A stretch of DNA of 62,657 nt, filler included, from Choristocarpus tenellus KU-1152 (taxonomy: Eukaryota > Protista > Phaeophyceae), in the NCBI GenBank assembly GCA_964200185.2. It is 10 parts of 10 records of this genome, joined end to end, with 100 filler letters (N's around TTAATTAATTAA, not from the genome) between each part and the next. Parts side by side here need not be neighbours in the genome. Positions count along the whole stretch, not along the records: positions 9,976 to 15,921 come from CAXNAD020009342.1; positions 16,022 to 20,362 come from CAXNAD020015027.1; positions 20,463 to 25,106 come from CAXNAD020013656.1; positions 25,207 to 40,788 come from CAXNAD020000969.1; 6 more parts are not named here. One strand, written 5' to 3'. The notes beneath the pieces are model-generated. The model was not told where the DNA came from. It saw nothing but the letters and a program-made list of their open reading frames with translations, and did not search any database. Positions 13,499-26,690 of this stretch are shown here, one piece after another. The stretch's first letter is position 1, and every line of letters starts with the position of its first letter. Position numbers and translations under genes: made by a program.

Positions 13499-14100
13499 AA
13501 CTCAAACTTCCAGCGAGATATAATTGATCCCCCACAGAGGTATTACCATTGGGTTTCTGAGGGCTTAGGGACAGGCTTTATCATGGGGATGTGAAGACTC
13601 AGAGAGAACGCAAGCAATGAGAAGTCGAATGCACAAAAGGTACAGAAGACAGAGGCTTCCCCATTCACAATTGAAGCATTCTAATGTGTTATGCATCACC
13701 CAAGGTTATTGTGGCACAGATCTACCATGTGGTATCTAAGAAAACAATTATGGCATAATATGTACAGTGCAATACAGTCGAGCTTTCATATTTAACTACT
13801 TGTATTCATACTTGAAAGAACAGCAATTGTTCCACACCCAAGTTTTACCACTCTAGAAGTACTACTATGCATACTAGAATAATAGTAGTATGCTTTGTAT
13901 GCCCACTGACATCTCTCACATATTGTTTGTCTTGGGTGAGGAAGACGAGACTACTAAAGCATCTCTATTACTTTTGACAAAGACCTTTGTATACAACAAA
14001 AGAAATGATAATACAGCTGCAATTCTAGGCTATTACCACGGTAGAAACTCCAAAAAGGTCTACAGGCGAGGAAAAAATTCGAGCAGCTTGTCAAGCAAGT

Positions 14101-14350
14101 CAAATAATTTAAGAGGGTAGGGTCACATCCACTCGGGGTCCAAAATCCAACGTTGCGATTTTGATGAATTTCGTCCATCATATCTGATAGGAAGTGACAT
14201 TATCCTTGTTCCAGACCCTTTCATAGTCGTATACATTTTATGTAACTGTGCTCACACAGAAAACTGAGAAAGAGCATAAAAAAACGTGGGAAGCCAAGCC
14301 CTGAACGAATGGACAAACAGGGCAAAACCCCTACCCTCTTCAATGCTCTG
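14101..14350. mobile_element. MITE family B, diverged copy
   Basis: AAGAGGGTAGGG...GATTTTGATG...GGAAGTGACA...AAGCCAAGCCC...CAGGGCAAAACCCCTACCCTCT. Confidence 0.7.
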
Positions 14351-17300
14351 GGTCAGGCCCCACCACCCACCTGGCCACACCCCATGGTATCTCCAGCATT
14401 GAGTCCATTCTCAATCTAAGTTGCAACACACAGTAAAACATTTAACGTAAGCCACGTGTACTCTGAAACACGCCTTTTTTCAAAAGACATAATTATCATA
14501 ATGAGGAAAATAGGTTACACATCATGCATAGTACACCTCCCTGACTATCCTTGGTTGACCAATGCAGTGTAGAAATAATATTGCATGGAGATTACAAATA
14601 TAACTTGAGGCTGAACAGGATCCATTGCAGAGTATCATACTGCCTAGGAGGGGGGCCAATCAAGGACTTTTTGAACTTGGTGCAACACACACCGAGCCCA
14701 TGACCCAAAATGAGGTTGTCTCCTCGTAGGAGAGTGACCATGGGAGAAGGCTAGGTGTGAAGATACTCTTGGGCAAAAGCACCTTCCACAGTGCTCAAGG
14801 TGCATGTATCAGAAGGCAGTCATAGGGAGCCTTGAAATCCAACATCTAAGACGATGCCACTCATACAGTTGCAGTACCAAAATATCTTAATCTTCAACTT
14901 GTGCATGGAGTGAAGGCTTGAGTACCAGACGAATCAACAGTTACACATTTTCTAGTTACACTGAATCTTCACAGCAAACATTAACGTATGTAGTCACGAT
15001 AACTCTTTGAGCAGCAGGACAGCATTACAAAAAAATGATGGGATTTAAGCAAAGGACATCAAGATGTCTGAGGTGGAACAAAATCAACAGTTGCTAAGGT
15101 TCATGTGGGTTGCTGCTGCCTTGGATCACACTCCACCTCTTAACAGTTACAAGTCAGTAACGAATCGGTAAAACTTGTGTGCCTGCAACAGTAAAGAGTC
15201 AACTGATGGACAAAGGTGGGTGCACCAAGTAACCATTTGAGGCACAATTATCTCTAGAGTGGGGTGCAGGTGTCAAAGAGCAGCCTCGCCAACTGGATGG
15301 TGCAAACCACATCAAACTACATCAAAATACGTTTTAAAAACAAAACCAAACAGCAACATTGCACACACAACAATCAGACATACCCATCCTCACACTGCAC
15401 TACTTGAGAGGGGCAAGGGGCAACACTATACAGTAACACATCGCCTGGCAAGACTTACAAACCCCTAATGTATTCCAGCTCATGACTTTCTTGTGGGGAC
15501 CTCAAGACCCCTCCAGGAAGGTTCGTACACCTTAGAAAGAGCAAAAATGATCTACTATACAAATGTAGTAACCTTTATCAACCTTATTGGGTGAGAGAGT
15601 CTACCTTTGTGTGTTGTGTGTAAGTACCACCATTACGGGACGCTATGGTGGAGGTTAAAAAAAATTGGACCTGTATCTTTCACAGCAATAATTGAGTCAA
15701 CCCACAACGCTAGTTATTATCCCTTATATTTCCCAACTGTCAAATCCAATACCACAAACAGATCAGAATGCCTATTACCAATTATGCCTATGTGTAGTCA
15801 ATGAAGAAAAACGCCTACCACAACTACTCTATCAAAACCCTAAAGGCACAGTCCGTTTTCTCTCTCCACAATCCAATTGATTCTAATTTAGGACACTCTG
15901 AGCACTCCCCCCCCCCCCCCCNNNNNNNNNNNNNNNNNNNNNNNNNNNNNNNNNNNNNNNNNNNNTTAATTAATTAANNNNNNNNNNNNNNNNNNNNNNN
16001 NNNNNNNNNNNNNNNNNNNNNGAGCTGCGCGCTTGCCCGGCACGGCGCTCTTCCGATGGGGGGGGGGGGGAGAGTGATCTGGGATTGGCAGGAGAAGGTG
16101 GGATAGAAAATGTGTTGCTGTGGTAGAGTTGTAAGCTGTTTATGGTTAGATTGGAGGGGAGGAATCTATGGGTTTGGCTATTGACTTTCTCTCTCACACC
16201 TCAAACCTGCTGTTTTCTGGTATGATCAATATTTTGTGGCACTAAACTAGTACATTTTTTTAGGTTTAGAGTTTGTTTAATGAAATGTTTTGGCTGTGTG
16301 AAATGAATGATGAGTGTTGCTATGTTGAGTTCAGAAATACCCAAATACCCAAAGGTAGTTCGTGATATGTGCTGACTGTTGTATTTCAGCTTGTTATATC
16401 TCTCTTTGAAAGAAGTGTCTTGTCTGTGGCTTGGATTTGATAGAGTAAGTACCCTCTGTTTCTTAAGAGCGTGGGGGGATAGGATTGATTTGAAGTTCGA
16501 CCAGCTAGCGTACGAAATGGGAGACAGTGGAAAGAAGTAATACTTATTTGGAGAGTACTACAGGGAAGTGAAGAAATAGTAATACTGCACTCTGTTTAGC
16601 TAGCCCCTGTAGTTGTGTTCTTTTTATGTAGTGTTTATGGTGCAGTTCTGACAGTGATGGCATTTGTTGCCTTTAGTATTATTGTTCATGTTAATTATTT
16701 TTCCTGGTGAAGCATAATGCTGTAAGATCATGTTCTAATTTCCACAAAAAAAATTATGGTGTTAAATATGTCGTTCTGAAAACCGTTTTCTTTTTTACTG
16801 TTTTTTGTTCCTGGTATGAGATGTAATATTACTGAAATTTCTTTGTTCTTGTTCAATTTTTTTCACATTTTTCTGATTGGGTATTTTTTTAACAACTTCT
16901 GATGTAACTTTCTATGTATTTTTTTTTCTTGTATTATGGCCTGTGTACTTGGGAACTGAAGCTCTAATTGATATTTAGAATTATGCTTACCCTGAAAAAC
17001 TGAGGGATAGGTTGGGGGTTGGGATGGTGACCAACCTGGAGTTTAAACTTGTTGCTGGTGATTTTTTTAATATTTGTTAATGTACTCTACCCTTTATTGT
17101 GATTACTCGTGGGGGGAGAATGGAATGAGAGAGTGAACTTGGCAGTTCTATCAAGCTTGTCAAATTGAATTGGCTGAGGGTGTAAGTGAATTGGGCTCAT
17201 AGTGAGATTGCCTAAAGAACTTGTATCTATGAGTGTGTATGTGGGTGTGCTGGAAATGGATTTTATAGCGTAACAGCTATATGTGTTTTTGGTGTAAGGG

Positions 17301-20048
17301 TTGAGGTTATACATGGTGACATGAATGAATGTTTGTGTTGGAATTTCTTGTGTGTAAGAGTGTGAAGTATATGCTGTGTTTCCTATCCGGTATTACGTTT
17401 GACTGTGATAAGGTAGGATTATAGCATCATTCAGGAACAATCTGGTAGGTTGTTTCTATTGCTCTTGACTGCCTTAAGTTTGTATCATGATGCTGTCAAG
17501 ACGTAGTGTAGCATATTGTTTTTATTGCTTCTGACTGCGATCAGTCAGTGCTACGATGAATACTTCAAATGATATTACCCAACATCATATCAGGTATCAT
17601 CATTCAGAAATAGCTGGGGGTGCGCTATGAGTGTGAGTATGTAGGCATGCTAGTGTTGGAGAATGCAGTCTTTTATATGTTGGTAATACCGCTCGAGTGT
17701 CCTATGTATAAACATGTTATCATTCAAGCTTAGAAAAAAACACTTTGCACCAGCACACTCACACTGTTTTAGTATGTCTTTGATATATTTTTTTTTTTTC
17801 TTGCTCTTGTGAATGTTCTGTTGTCCATTGCATTGAGCCCTTGGTGGGAGTTCTTTGTGCAAGCATGAGAATGGCAACAAAATTTCCGCTTGTTGTGTTG
17901 GTTGGTTGGTTGTTTGGTTGAGTGTTTCATGGCAGCATGTTGATATGTAGAATGTTCACCAGAGTTGCAGAAAGCAAAATAAGGGGGGGAGCTGTTGAGT
18001 TTTGAAGGGCCTCTCTGACTTTCTTTTGGCACGTGTTTTTTGGAGTACTTGCAGTTCACAGGAGGGTGTTGCATCTTGGTTGTGCGAGTGCATTTATTCA
18101 GTTTGCAGAAGCAGTGCATCCTAATATTATTTAATATGGCTCTTTTTTCTTTTGGAATGTCTCTAATTTCTTGTACCAAAGTTCAAGTAAAAAAAAAAAC
18201 TTGCATAGCTCTAAGTCACCAAAGCACACCTTCCTCTTGGTTCTACGTTGACTCCCAACAAACTGTACTGTTGTATCAGAATAGTGGTTGGTGCTATACT
18301 AACTCTAACCCTAGCTAGCTCCTAATGGTACCGTAAACACTCAAAACACTCAAAATCAGAGATCATGGGATCATATCCTGTTTGGACTGCTATACCGACT
18401 CCCCATCCAAGAAGGATTGATATTTAATGCCGAGGATAGTGTCTAGTGAAAGACTCAATAGAAACTAGAAGATTGAGGGGGCTACTTGGGAAGAGTGTGC
18501 GATTAGTTGGGAATGAATGCTTACGGATTACACTGCCAAGGTTTTTGGAAACCTCAGAACGATTTTTTTTGTGTGCCATTGAGGTACCACTGTTCCACTG
18601 GGGAAGATAGTTGTGCAACTGTCTGCCGCAGTGGAATAGTGGAATCTAAGTGTTTGATAGTTGTGAGTGCAGAAAGTACCTTGTACTGGTTAGATTTGGT
18701 TGGTGTAGTCGCAGGGTAGTAGTAGTAGTATTGAGGTATGTCTTGAGGTCATTATTACAGCAGAATAGTAGTTCCATGTGTGAAGCATTTCAGTTGCCTT
18801 GCCTGTAGTTTTTTCAATGCTTGTCAGTTTTACACTTCTGTGCAGAAAAATAGAAGCAATATATATTTAGAGAGTTTTTTTTAATACTCCTCCACCTCCC
18901 CCTTCTCACCATTAGTGTGTAACAAGAGTGTGTTTATAAAATAGAGTACACTGCAGAAAATGAAAGTTGATATTTTTGTGTACCCTTTCCTCAAAAGTGG
19001 AGTCCAAATGCATCGCTGCCTATTTTAGTCTTATTTTTCCAAGAGCTAATGTGGACAATTTTTCATAGTTTATCTTACCCTATTTTTTTTTAACCACTCA
19101 GTACCCCTGTTGGCGGCTGTCTGACTCAGTTCTCTGTTTACTTGGCAAACTGTGTTACCACAACATGGTGGGTATAATTTTTTTTTGTAGGTGTGATTCC
19201 TGACCCCATTGTAATAAAACTTTTGTCAAAGATCTTCCTCCCGGTGCACCTACCTTGAACTTGGAGGTCAACTCCTTGCTTCCTTCATTGTTTTTTTTAA
19301 TTAAAGAATGGATAATCAGAACCAATTTCTTGAAAATGTTTTTTGTTCTCTTGCACCAAACGCTGTTTGCTCAATCGCATTACATCATTGCAAAGAAAAA
19401 TTCTAACTGAACCTGGCCCTGGGAAATGAACTTTTATTTTTTCATCTTTGCAGCTCGGTCCCTCTCCAGCAGTGAATCGGCCGGTAAAACTCCTGTTGCA
19501 GACATTGTGGTGGATGGGTATTCGACTGAGGTGGCGAAGGAACCTCTCCCTCCAGGTGGGCGCATAATTCTACATGGCCCATTGTATGTATTGGAGTGTG
19601 TTAACTGTTTAAAAATCAGTATGTGGGACTGTTAGAAACATTTGAGATATTTATATTTATATTTATATTGTGTGTGTGTAAGTATAAGTAAACAAGAAAA
19701 AAAAGTATTTGATGTGTGTGTTAGTGTGTTAGTGTGGAGGTAGTTGTTCATGCAGTCTAGAGGTATTTCTTAGGTTGGAGATAGGACATGATACACTCGT
19801 GTGCACATAAAGGAATGGAATAGTGAGTACTGTACAAGGTAGCAAGATGGTTTGTAATTCAAAAGGGATCCAAACCTGCCTGACTCTCTATTATTGTGAT
19901 TTCTGAGTCATGTTGGGAGATGTTTGAGAGTAGTGGACATGTTTTATGATATGGTATTGATGAGGAGGTGGGGGTAGGAAAAAGGAGGGGGAGCGATAGA
20001 TATGAGGGGGTGTAAGATTGCAGGGAGGACTGGGAGCATTGCTATCGG

Positions 20049-20232
20049 TAGTGCTGTTTTATGTGTGCCAGGAAGGCGTCGGTTTGTGTTTGGAGTACGG
20101 TGTCAATTGTTTGTCTTTTGTTGGGTTGGTGGTGCCATTGTAGTGCTGTTTTTTGTGTGCCAGGAAGGCTTCGGTTTGTGTTTGGAGTCCGATGGCAATT
20201 GTTGTGCTTTTTGTTGGGTTGGTGGTGCCATT
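20049..20232. repeat. Two-copy ~92-bp tandem repeat
   Basis: TAGTGCTGTTTT.TGTGTGCCAGGAAGGC.TCGGTTTGTGTTTGGAGT...TTTTGTTGGGTTGGTGGTGCCATT occurs twice. Confidence 0.85.
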
Positions 20233-20941
20233 AGTATCATACTTGTCTGGGCAAAGAGTAAGGGATCGGTCCTATGCTTGTTGCTCATGTCACATCTTGC
20301 ACTCTGCTGGTGGTGATTGGAGACAGTTTGCCTTTGATTTGCAAAGGGGTACTAGATCCGGGNNNNNNNNNNNNNNNNNNNNNNNNNNNNNNNNNNNNNN
20401 NNNNNNTTAATTAATTAANNNNNNNNNNNNNNNNNNNNNNNNNNNNNNNNNNNNNNNNNNNNCCCCCCCTCAAATCTCCTGCTGAACCAGCCTCTCGGGG
20501 CTTGCTCGACGAAATTTTGTCAACTCAATCTTGGTCCAACATTTTTGGCGGTATGATCACAGATAGGAATAGTACATGTACACAGACAACCACGGTAGTG
20601 CTTGCCATGTGGACTTGGATAATAAAAAATAGAACTTCATCGAAAAAATATGTATCGCCGCCGAGACTTGAACCTGCAGAATACTTGCAGGGAACACGCG
20701 CCTTTAAAACATCCAGGTATTAATAATAATAATAATAATAATAATAATGACAAAAACAAAATATTAACAATAGTATTAATAATAATATAGTAATAATAAA
20801 AGCAATAGTACGAACAACAACAATAATAAAAACAAAAAATTGGAGCATACTACTGAGAGAAAAGAAACCAATCATACACACACACTGATAATAAAAAAAA
20901 CACCCCACTCCCCCCCCAAAACAACCAACCAATCAACAAAC

Positions 20942-23900
20942 CTGAAGATGACCATGACCTTGTCCAGCAACACCTCGACGTCATCATCTGTCATTCCCTT
21001 CTCCCCCCGAAGCTTGGAGTCCAGGAACTTGGCCACCAGTTCAGCCGGTCGGTTCTGCCTGGTATTTTTTTAATTTTTACAAGGGTATAAATAAATAATT
21101 ATAATTAATGAAAGAAATATATATATATATATATTACACAAGGAAAAAAGGTAGTCTTTGGGCTCATACCCATTATTATACCACAAACATAACAGGAAAA
21201 AAAATCATCAAAAAAAAAAAAAAAACTCTTTTCTTCAGACCGCCTTACACGAACAGCAGGAACAATCCTAGCAGGTTGAAGAACGTTTCTTTACCAATAT
21301 ATATATTTGTATATATATATATGTCTTGTATTTTTGTAAGATCTCTGGATATACAAAAAGGCTGCAGTAAAAATCCTTCAACACGTGCACAACCTCGGAG
21401 CGTTTATGAACACAACACAGTACAACAAAGTACCCTTTTTTTATTATCATTTTCAATAGCTCAACAGCAGGTACGACCCTAACCCTAGACCGACCCCACG
21501 AGAAATAAACATTAGAAAAAATAAAATATATTTATTGGTTCATGCACCCGGTTCCCGCTCAAAAGGGTTAGGGGAGACGAAGTGAGAAAAATATGTTGTA
21601 CACTTTTTTCTTTTTTGGGGGGGGGGATTAAACATTCCATCCATCAAAAATGAAATTCTAAAAGAAAAAACACCCTGTTGAGAAAGGAGACGGAAATTTT
21701 CGACTTGATTCTCTTAACGAAATTTTGAAAAGGCAGATACGAAACCAACCAATGACTAGCAAAATAAAAATATAAATAAAAATATATAACGTGTAAAAAT
21801 ATGATCAGTCCATCATCATCATTACAATCACATTACAATCAAAACTACTACATTACACTAAAATATAATATAAAACAAAAATGTACATAAAAGTACAAAA
21901 TTTGTAAAAATATGATCAGTCCATCATCATCACTACAATCACAACTACTACATTACACTAAAATATAATATAAAACAAAAATGTACATAAAAGTATAAAA
22001 TTTGTAAAAATATGATCAGTCCATCATCATCACTACAATCACAACTATTACATTACACTAAAATATAACATAAAATATAAATATAAAAATAAGTATTAAA
22101 TTTGTAAAAATATGATCAGTTCATCATCATTAAATCACAACTAACAAATTACACTAAAATATAATATAAAACATTAAAAAAAATTCAGTGTTTTTTTCAC
22201 CAAACAGATAACATATTTTTTTCTAAAAACACATTCTTAGGGTTAGGATCAGTCTGCAAAATATATTCATCTTTTTTTGCCTTGACCTTTGAAAATTCAA
22301 CAATATTTACTCAATACAATTAAAATATGTTCATCTTACCAAAATAGGTATTTATAAAAATAAAAAAATCTCTTTTTTTTGCAGACGACATCTCAAACCC
22401 TTCCACTTCACACAATAAATTTTCATCTTTTTGACACAGGTGATGAGAAAGGTGGGAGGGGTTAAGGGATAGGGTTAGGGTAACAATTACAGACAATCGA
22501 GGGTGTACCTTGAACGACGAAGCGAATTGGTTGACAGATAGTGCAGTACAAACGCAGACGGTGGAGGGTGTACCTTAAATAACAAACCAGATAAGTTGAT
22601 GGATATCGGTATGACTAAGGACAATCAAAGGTACATACCAAGGATAACAAAGGGTACATACTAAGCACAATCAAGGATACATACTAAGCCAAACCAAGGG
22701 TATATACCAGGGACAACAAAGGGTACATACTAAGCAAAATCAAGGGTACATATCAAGGACAACAAAAGGTACATACTAAGCACAATCAAGGACAAGGGTA
22801 CATACCAAGCATAATCAAGGGTACACACCAAGGACAAACCAAATAGGTTAAGGGACAGGGTCATGGGAAATAGACAAATGAGGGTATACCTCAGGGTGCC
22901 AAAATACGCAGTCCAAAAATCTTCACAAAAAACGATTTTGAGGGCAAAATTGGGGGCATTTCTAGCCAACCAGATATTGGATATTTCAGCGTATCAGTAT
23001 GACACCATAAGGTAATACCATCAATGCACTATATACCGATGTCAGTACACAAATAATTAAATACTTCATACCACCATTGGCTTCATCCACAGTAGTTATT
23101 ACTTTGTCACACAATTCCATCCAAAAAAGCAAAAAAGCACCGAAAAAATGTCCCTCTTGGTATCATACCCCGATACACCTTGCATTAAGGAACCTCTCCC
23201 ATGCCTCATTGAGCTTGTACTTGTACCCCTCATTGTTGTCCATCGATGAGGTCAACACCTCGTCCAGACGCGACTTGAGCTTGAGCAAATTAGGCACCAT
23301 CTCCTTGTCGTTATCCTTCAAACATACAAACACATACACAAACACAAACACAAACACACACACAAACACATACACATACACATACACAAACACATACACA
23401 AACATACACACAAACACACACATACACACAAACACATACACAAACATACACACACACACACATACACAAACACACACACAAACATACACACAAACACACA
23501 CACAAACATACACACACACACACACAAACACATACACAAACACATACACAAACACACACACAAACATACACACAAACACACACACAAACATACACACACA
23601 CACACACAAACACATATACAAACACAAACATACACACAAACACACAAATACACACACACAAACAAACATACACACACAGATTAGAGAGAGATAGAGAGAG
23701 AGAGAGTGTGATTTGATTGGTGTTGTGTATGCACGCTGGTCACTCACTAGCGCTTGAAAAAAAAAAAAAAAAAACACACCTCGGAAAAACCACTCTGTAT
23801 AACACTCGCAGAACACTCCAGAACACTCCATAACACATCTTTTGTTTTTTGCACAACATACCCTAACACTTCAGTGTTGTACACATCAAGGCGCTGGCCA

Positions 23901-24802
23901 GACAATGACCATGACATTAGCAAATTACCCAGGCAACACTCTGGGCAGTAGACACCACAGAGCAACTAACCCCTGAATGATGTCCAGACAGCCCGCTTTG
24001 TACAGCTAAACAGTCCGGGTATTGTCACAGATAACAGGGGTTTTTGGTCAAATACAGCCCAAAATATTAGGGAAGCTTATCACTACGGTAGAGTGTTGCA
24101 TTGATGCCTACTCTGGACACAACAAAATCATCACTACTAGGGCTCTGTAGCACCCTGGAGCCCCCAAGGCACCTCCATTTCGCAGTACAAGCAACACAGC
24201 CTAGCTTAGGATTGGGTAAGTGGAGCAAATGTTTTATTAGTAAGTACATCATGTATCCGAACCCTAAGTACCAATACTACATGGAGTAATGATTAATAAC
24301 ATCATCATTTCCATCAACTTTCCATAAACCAAGGATCTGGAAAAGGGGTAGATACACTAATATACTGTTTCTCTCTCTCTCTCTCTCTCTCTCAGTTGTA
24401 CCTCTGACCACAGGTTCAAGAAGTTCGGAATCAGGTCCAATAATACAATCCTAGGTAACGGCAAAGTCCAACTCTACTACAGTTGTAGGGGACATATGCT
24501 ATTGGGCACCACAGACCATCTCTGTAGCACTCCATATGCTCAGGTTACCTCCATAGACCACACTGCGTGTTCGTGAGCAATGCCCAGCTTGAGGTATAAA
24601 ATTCTACGAGGAATGCATCCTATTGGTTGATGTGACACAGAAGCCATCTCATTGGTGGAGATATTGCTGTTCAACAAGTCATCAACACAATGCCAAAGTA
24701 CGCCCGTGCCACAACGCCCTTCTACACCATATCAACACCCACCTTGTCTTGTACAATATCCAATCCTCGCTCCTGGGTGTATGCAGTCACTGCTGCAGAA
24801 AG
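20942..24802 (-). CDS. CUL4: Cullin (cullin-4-like), internal exons only: 24802-24743, 23315-23179, 21058-20942
   Basis: Spliced peptide [41 protein letters not shown]...[51 protein letters not shown] matches the cullin repeat/CH-domain junction. The PAEL.AK..DSKLR and DK.MV motifs are CUL4-like; phases are consistent. Confidence 0.85.
21790..22172. repeat. Intronic minisatellite, ~100-bp unit x4
   Basis: GTAAAAATATGATCAGT(C/T)CATCATCAT at ~21793, 21904, 22004 and 22104. Confidence 0.9.
22490..22850. repeat. Intronic minisatellite, ~21-bp degenerate units
   Basis: AAGGGTACATAC(C/T)AAG(G/C)ACAA(T/C)C repeated more than 10 times. Confidence 0.85.
23320..23678. repeat. Compound (CA/CAAA/CATA)n microsatellite
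   Basis: Directly visible; explains the spurious VC/HT-rich ORFs. Confidence 0.95.
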
Positions 24803-25010
24803 CTGATACAATAAGATAAAATATTATACGATAAAATATTATATATACATATTATAGAAGGAACACAACAACACCAAAACAGAGGTGAAAGAGGAACGAG
24901 GTAAGAGAATGGGTGATTTGCATCATTGGTGTACAAAAAAAAAATGGTGCAATTGAAAGTGCGATATATAATTGTTAATACAAACAACACTCATGGTGAT
25001 ATCAAAGACA

Positions 25011-25069
<59 letters not shown>

Positions 25070-25299
25070 GACACAGACAATAGTTTCATTCTTATTCTCA
25101 TTTCATNNNNNNNNNNNNNNNNNNNNNNNNNNNNNNNNNNNNNNNNNNNNTTAATTAATTAANNNNNNNNNNNNNNNNNNNNNNNNNNNNNNNNNNNNNN
25201 NNNNNNGCCGTCTCTTCATTCTTAAATTGTTTCTTCTACAGAATCTTCTTTTACACATGAATAAAAAGCATATTCTTATCAATCCCCTATGCCCGAAGA

Positions 25300-26210
25300 A
25301 CACTACAAGGATGGAGCAGTCCTTACAGAAAGGCACAAGGAGGGTTGTGTGTTGGATGAGACATGGAAGATCGAAGAAGTTTTAGGGGGGCGAGTAAATG
25401 ACCCGATCTTTGCTAGGATGTACGTGGATGACAGTGTGCTTGTAGATATCCAATAGTTTGATGATGGGAAGAGATTATACAGTTGGCAAACGAGTTCCTT
25501 AATGTTCGACCATATTCGACTGTTAGGATCTAGGAAAGGAGGGGAACCCCCCATCTGTTTTTTATCTCAAGTATTAAACTTCTTTTGATTTTAGAGACGA
25601 AACAGTGTTTAGCAATGTTAGGAAGGGAGGGAGAACTAATGAAGTTAGGGCTAGGATTATTTTTCCTCTTCCTAGGAAGAGCGTCAGAATGATGGGTGTT
25701 TGATGTGGGAGGGGGGTAGACGGGGACGCTGCGGTGAGGAGAAGAGACGTGGTATGGAGGAAAGGAGTAGCCAGGTTGGAGTGGAGGGATAGACACAAGG
25801 CAGATAAGATAGAGTTGACATTACATGGTCAAAAAGGAGACCATGGTAAGAAGGAAGCGGTATAAACGAGGTACAAAGTGGAAGAGCAGTGGAGTGAGGA
25901 AAGCATGGAGGGTTTTGAGGTGATAGTAGCAAACATGGAGTATGCTTCCCAGAACTACCACCTGATGCCCTGTTAATGACATAGAGGGATGTCGAGGAGT
26001 GGAAGGTAATCATAAGGGGCCAGGGAAAGTGTGTCCTGAGGAGGATAGCAAGGGAACTCAAGTTGAGACCGGAGGAATACGCCCTACATGCGGACAGGAT
26101 GGGGGGAGCAACTAGGATGGCAACATTGGGGGCACTGGAGAGTGATACAGAGGGAAGGGAGAAGGAAGTCGGCGGCGCTTATGGCTACGTTAGGGCCAAC
26201 CAAAGAGATC
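25300..26210 (+). mobile_element. Decayed DIRS/Ngaro-like tyrosine-recombinase retrotransposon (RT fragment + YR fragment)
   Basis: RT motif DPIFARMYVDDSVLVD..DHIRLLG (~25400-25530). YR motifs GLGLFFLFLGRASE (~25628), SKGD (~25830) and EYALHADRMGGAT...IQREGRRKSAA..YVRAN (~26075-26200). Interrupted by stops and frameshifts. Confidence 0.75.
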
Positions 26211-26489
26211 CAGTTTGAGTATCGACGGGTTTGGCAGAGAGTTGGAAGGATTAGGTCCAGCACAGGATATGCAACCATGGACTACATATAGATATCACCT
26301 CAAAGGAGGTCAAGTTCAGGCGGGGTAGATCTTCTAGTTCAAAGTTATGGTATTGAAGTGGATGATGGGGTGTTCTTAGATGAATGTGGAGTGGTATTGA
26401 GTGGTGTGGTGTGGTGGAGAACGGGTGGTGTAGTGGAAAGCGATGGAAAGTGTTCTGGAGGAAGGTGCAGTGTCATAGAGTGTGGTTGT

Positions 26490-26690
26490 GGAACAGATTC
26501 GCAGAAATTGACTGCATTGGTGGTGGGTGACTGGAAACCAGTAGCAAAGATTGGTCACACTGGTTGGTTACTGGATACGCAGAATGTGACCGCAATGGGG
26601 TGTGACTGGAAACCTGTGGCAAAGAGTGGTTGCTACGGTTGGTCACTGGTTTCACGGAGTTTGGTCGCTGTGGGTGGTGACTGGAGATGT
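26490..26690. repeat. Degenerate 75-bp tandem repeat (~2.5 copies)
   Basis: GTGACTGGA at ~26527, 26602 and 26677, with similar intervening sequence. Confidence 0.6.

Noticed and set aside
16022-16072. GC-rich contig start CACGGCGCTCTTCCGAT followed by poly-G
   Set aside because: Resembles the Illumina adapter (CACGACGCTCTTCCGATCT) plus low-quality sequence; likely an artefact.
19454-19555. Possible isolated + strand exon (AG...GT bounded, GC-richer than flanks)
   Set aside because: No recognisable protein similarity and no partner exons identified in the contig.
20463-20510. Contig start containing TCCTGCTGAACC
   Set aside because: Resembles the Illumina paired-end adapter (TCCTGCTGAACCGCTCTTCCGATCT); likely an untrimmed read end.
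23077-23831. Long VC-, CV- and HT-rich ORFs
   Set aside because: Translations of a CA/TG microsatellite; only 23179-23315 is a real (cullin) exon.
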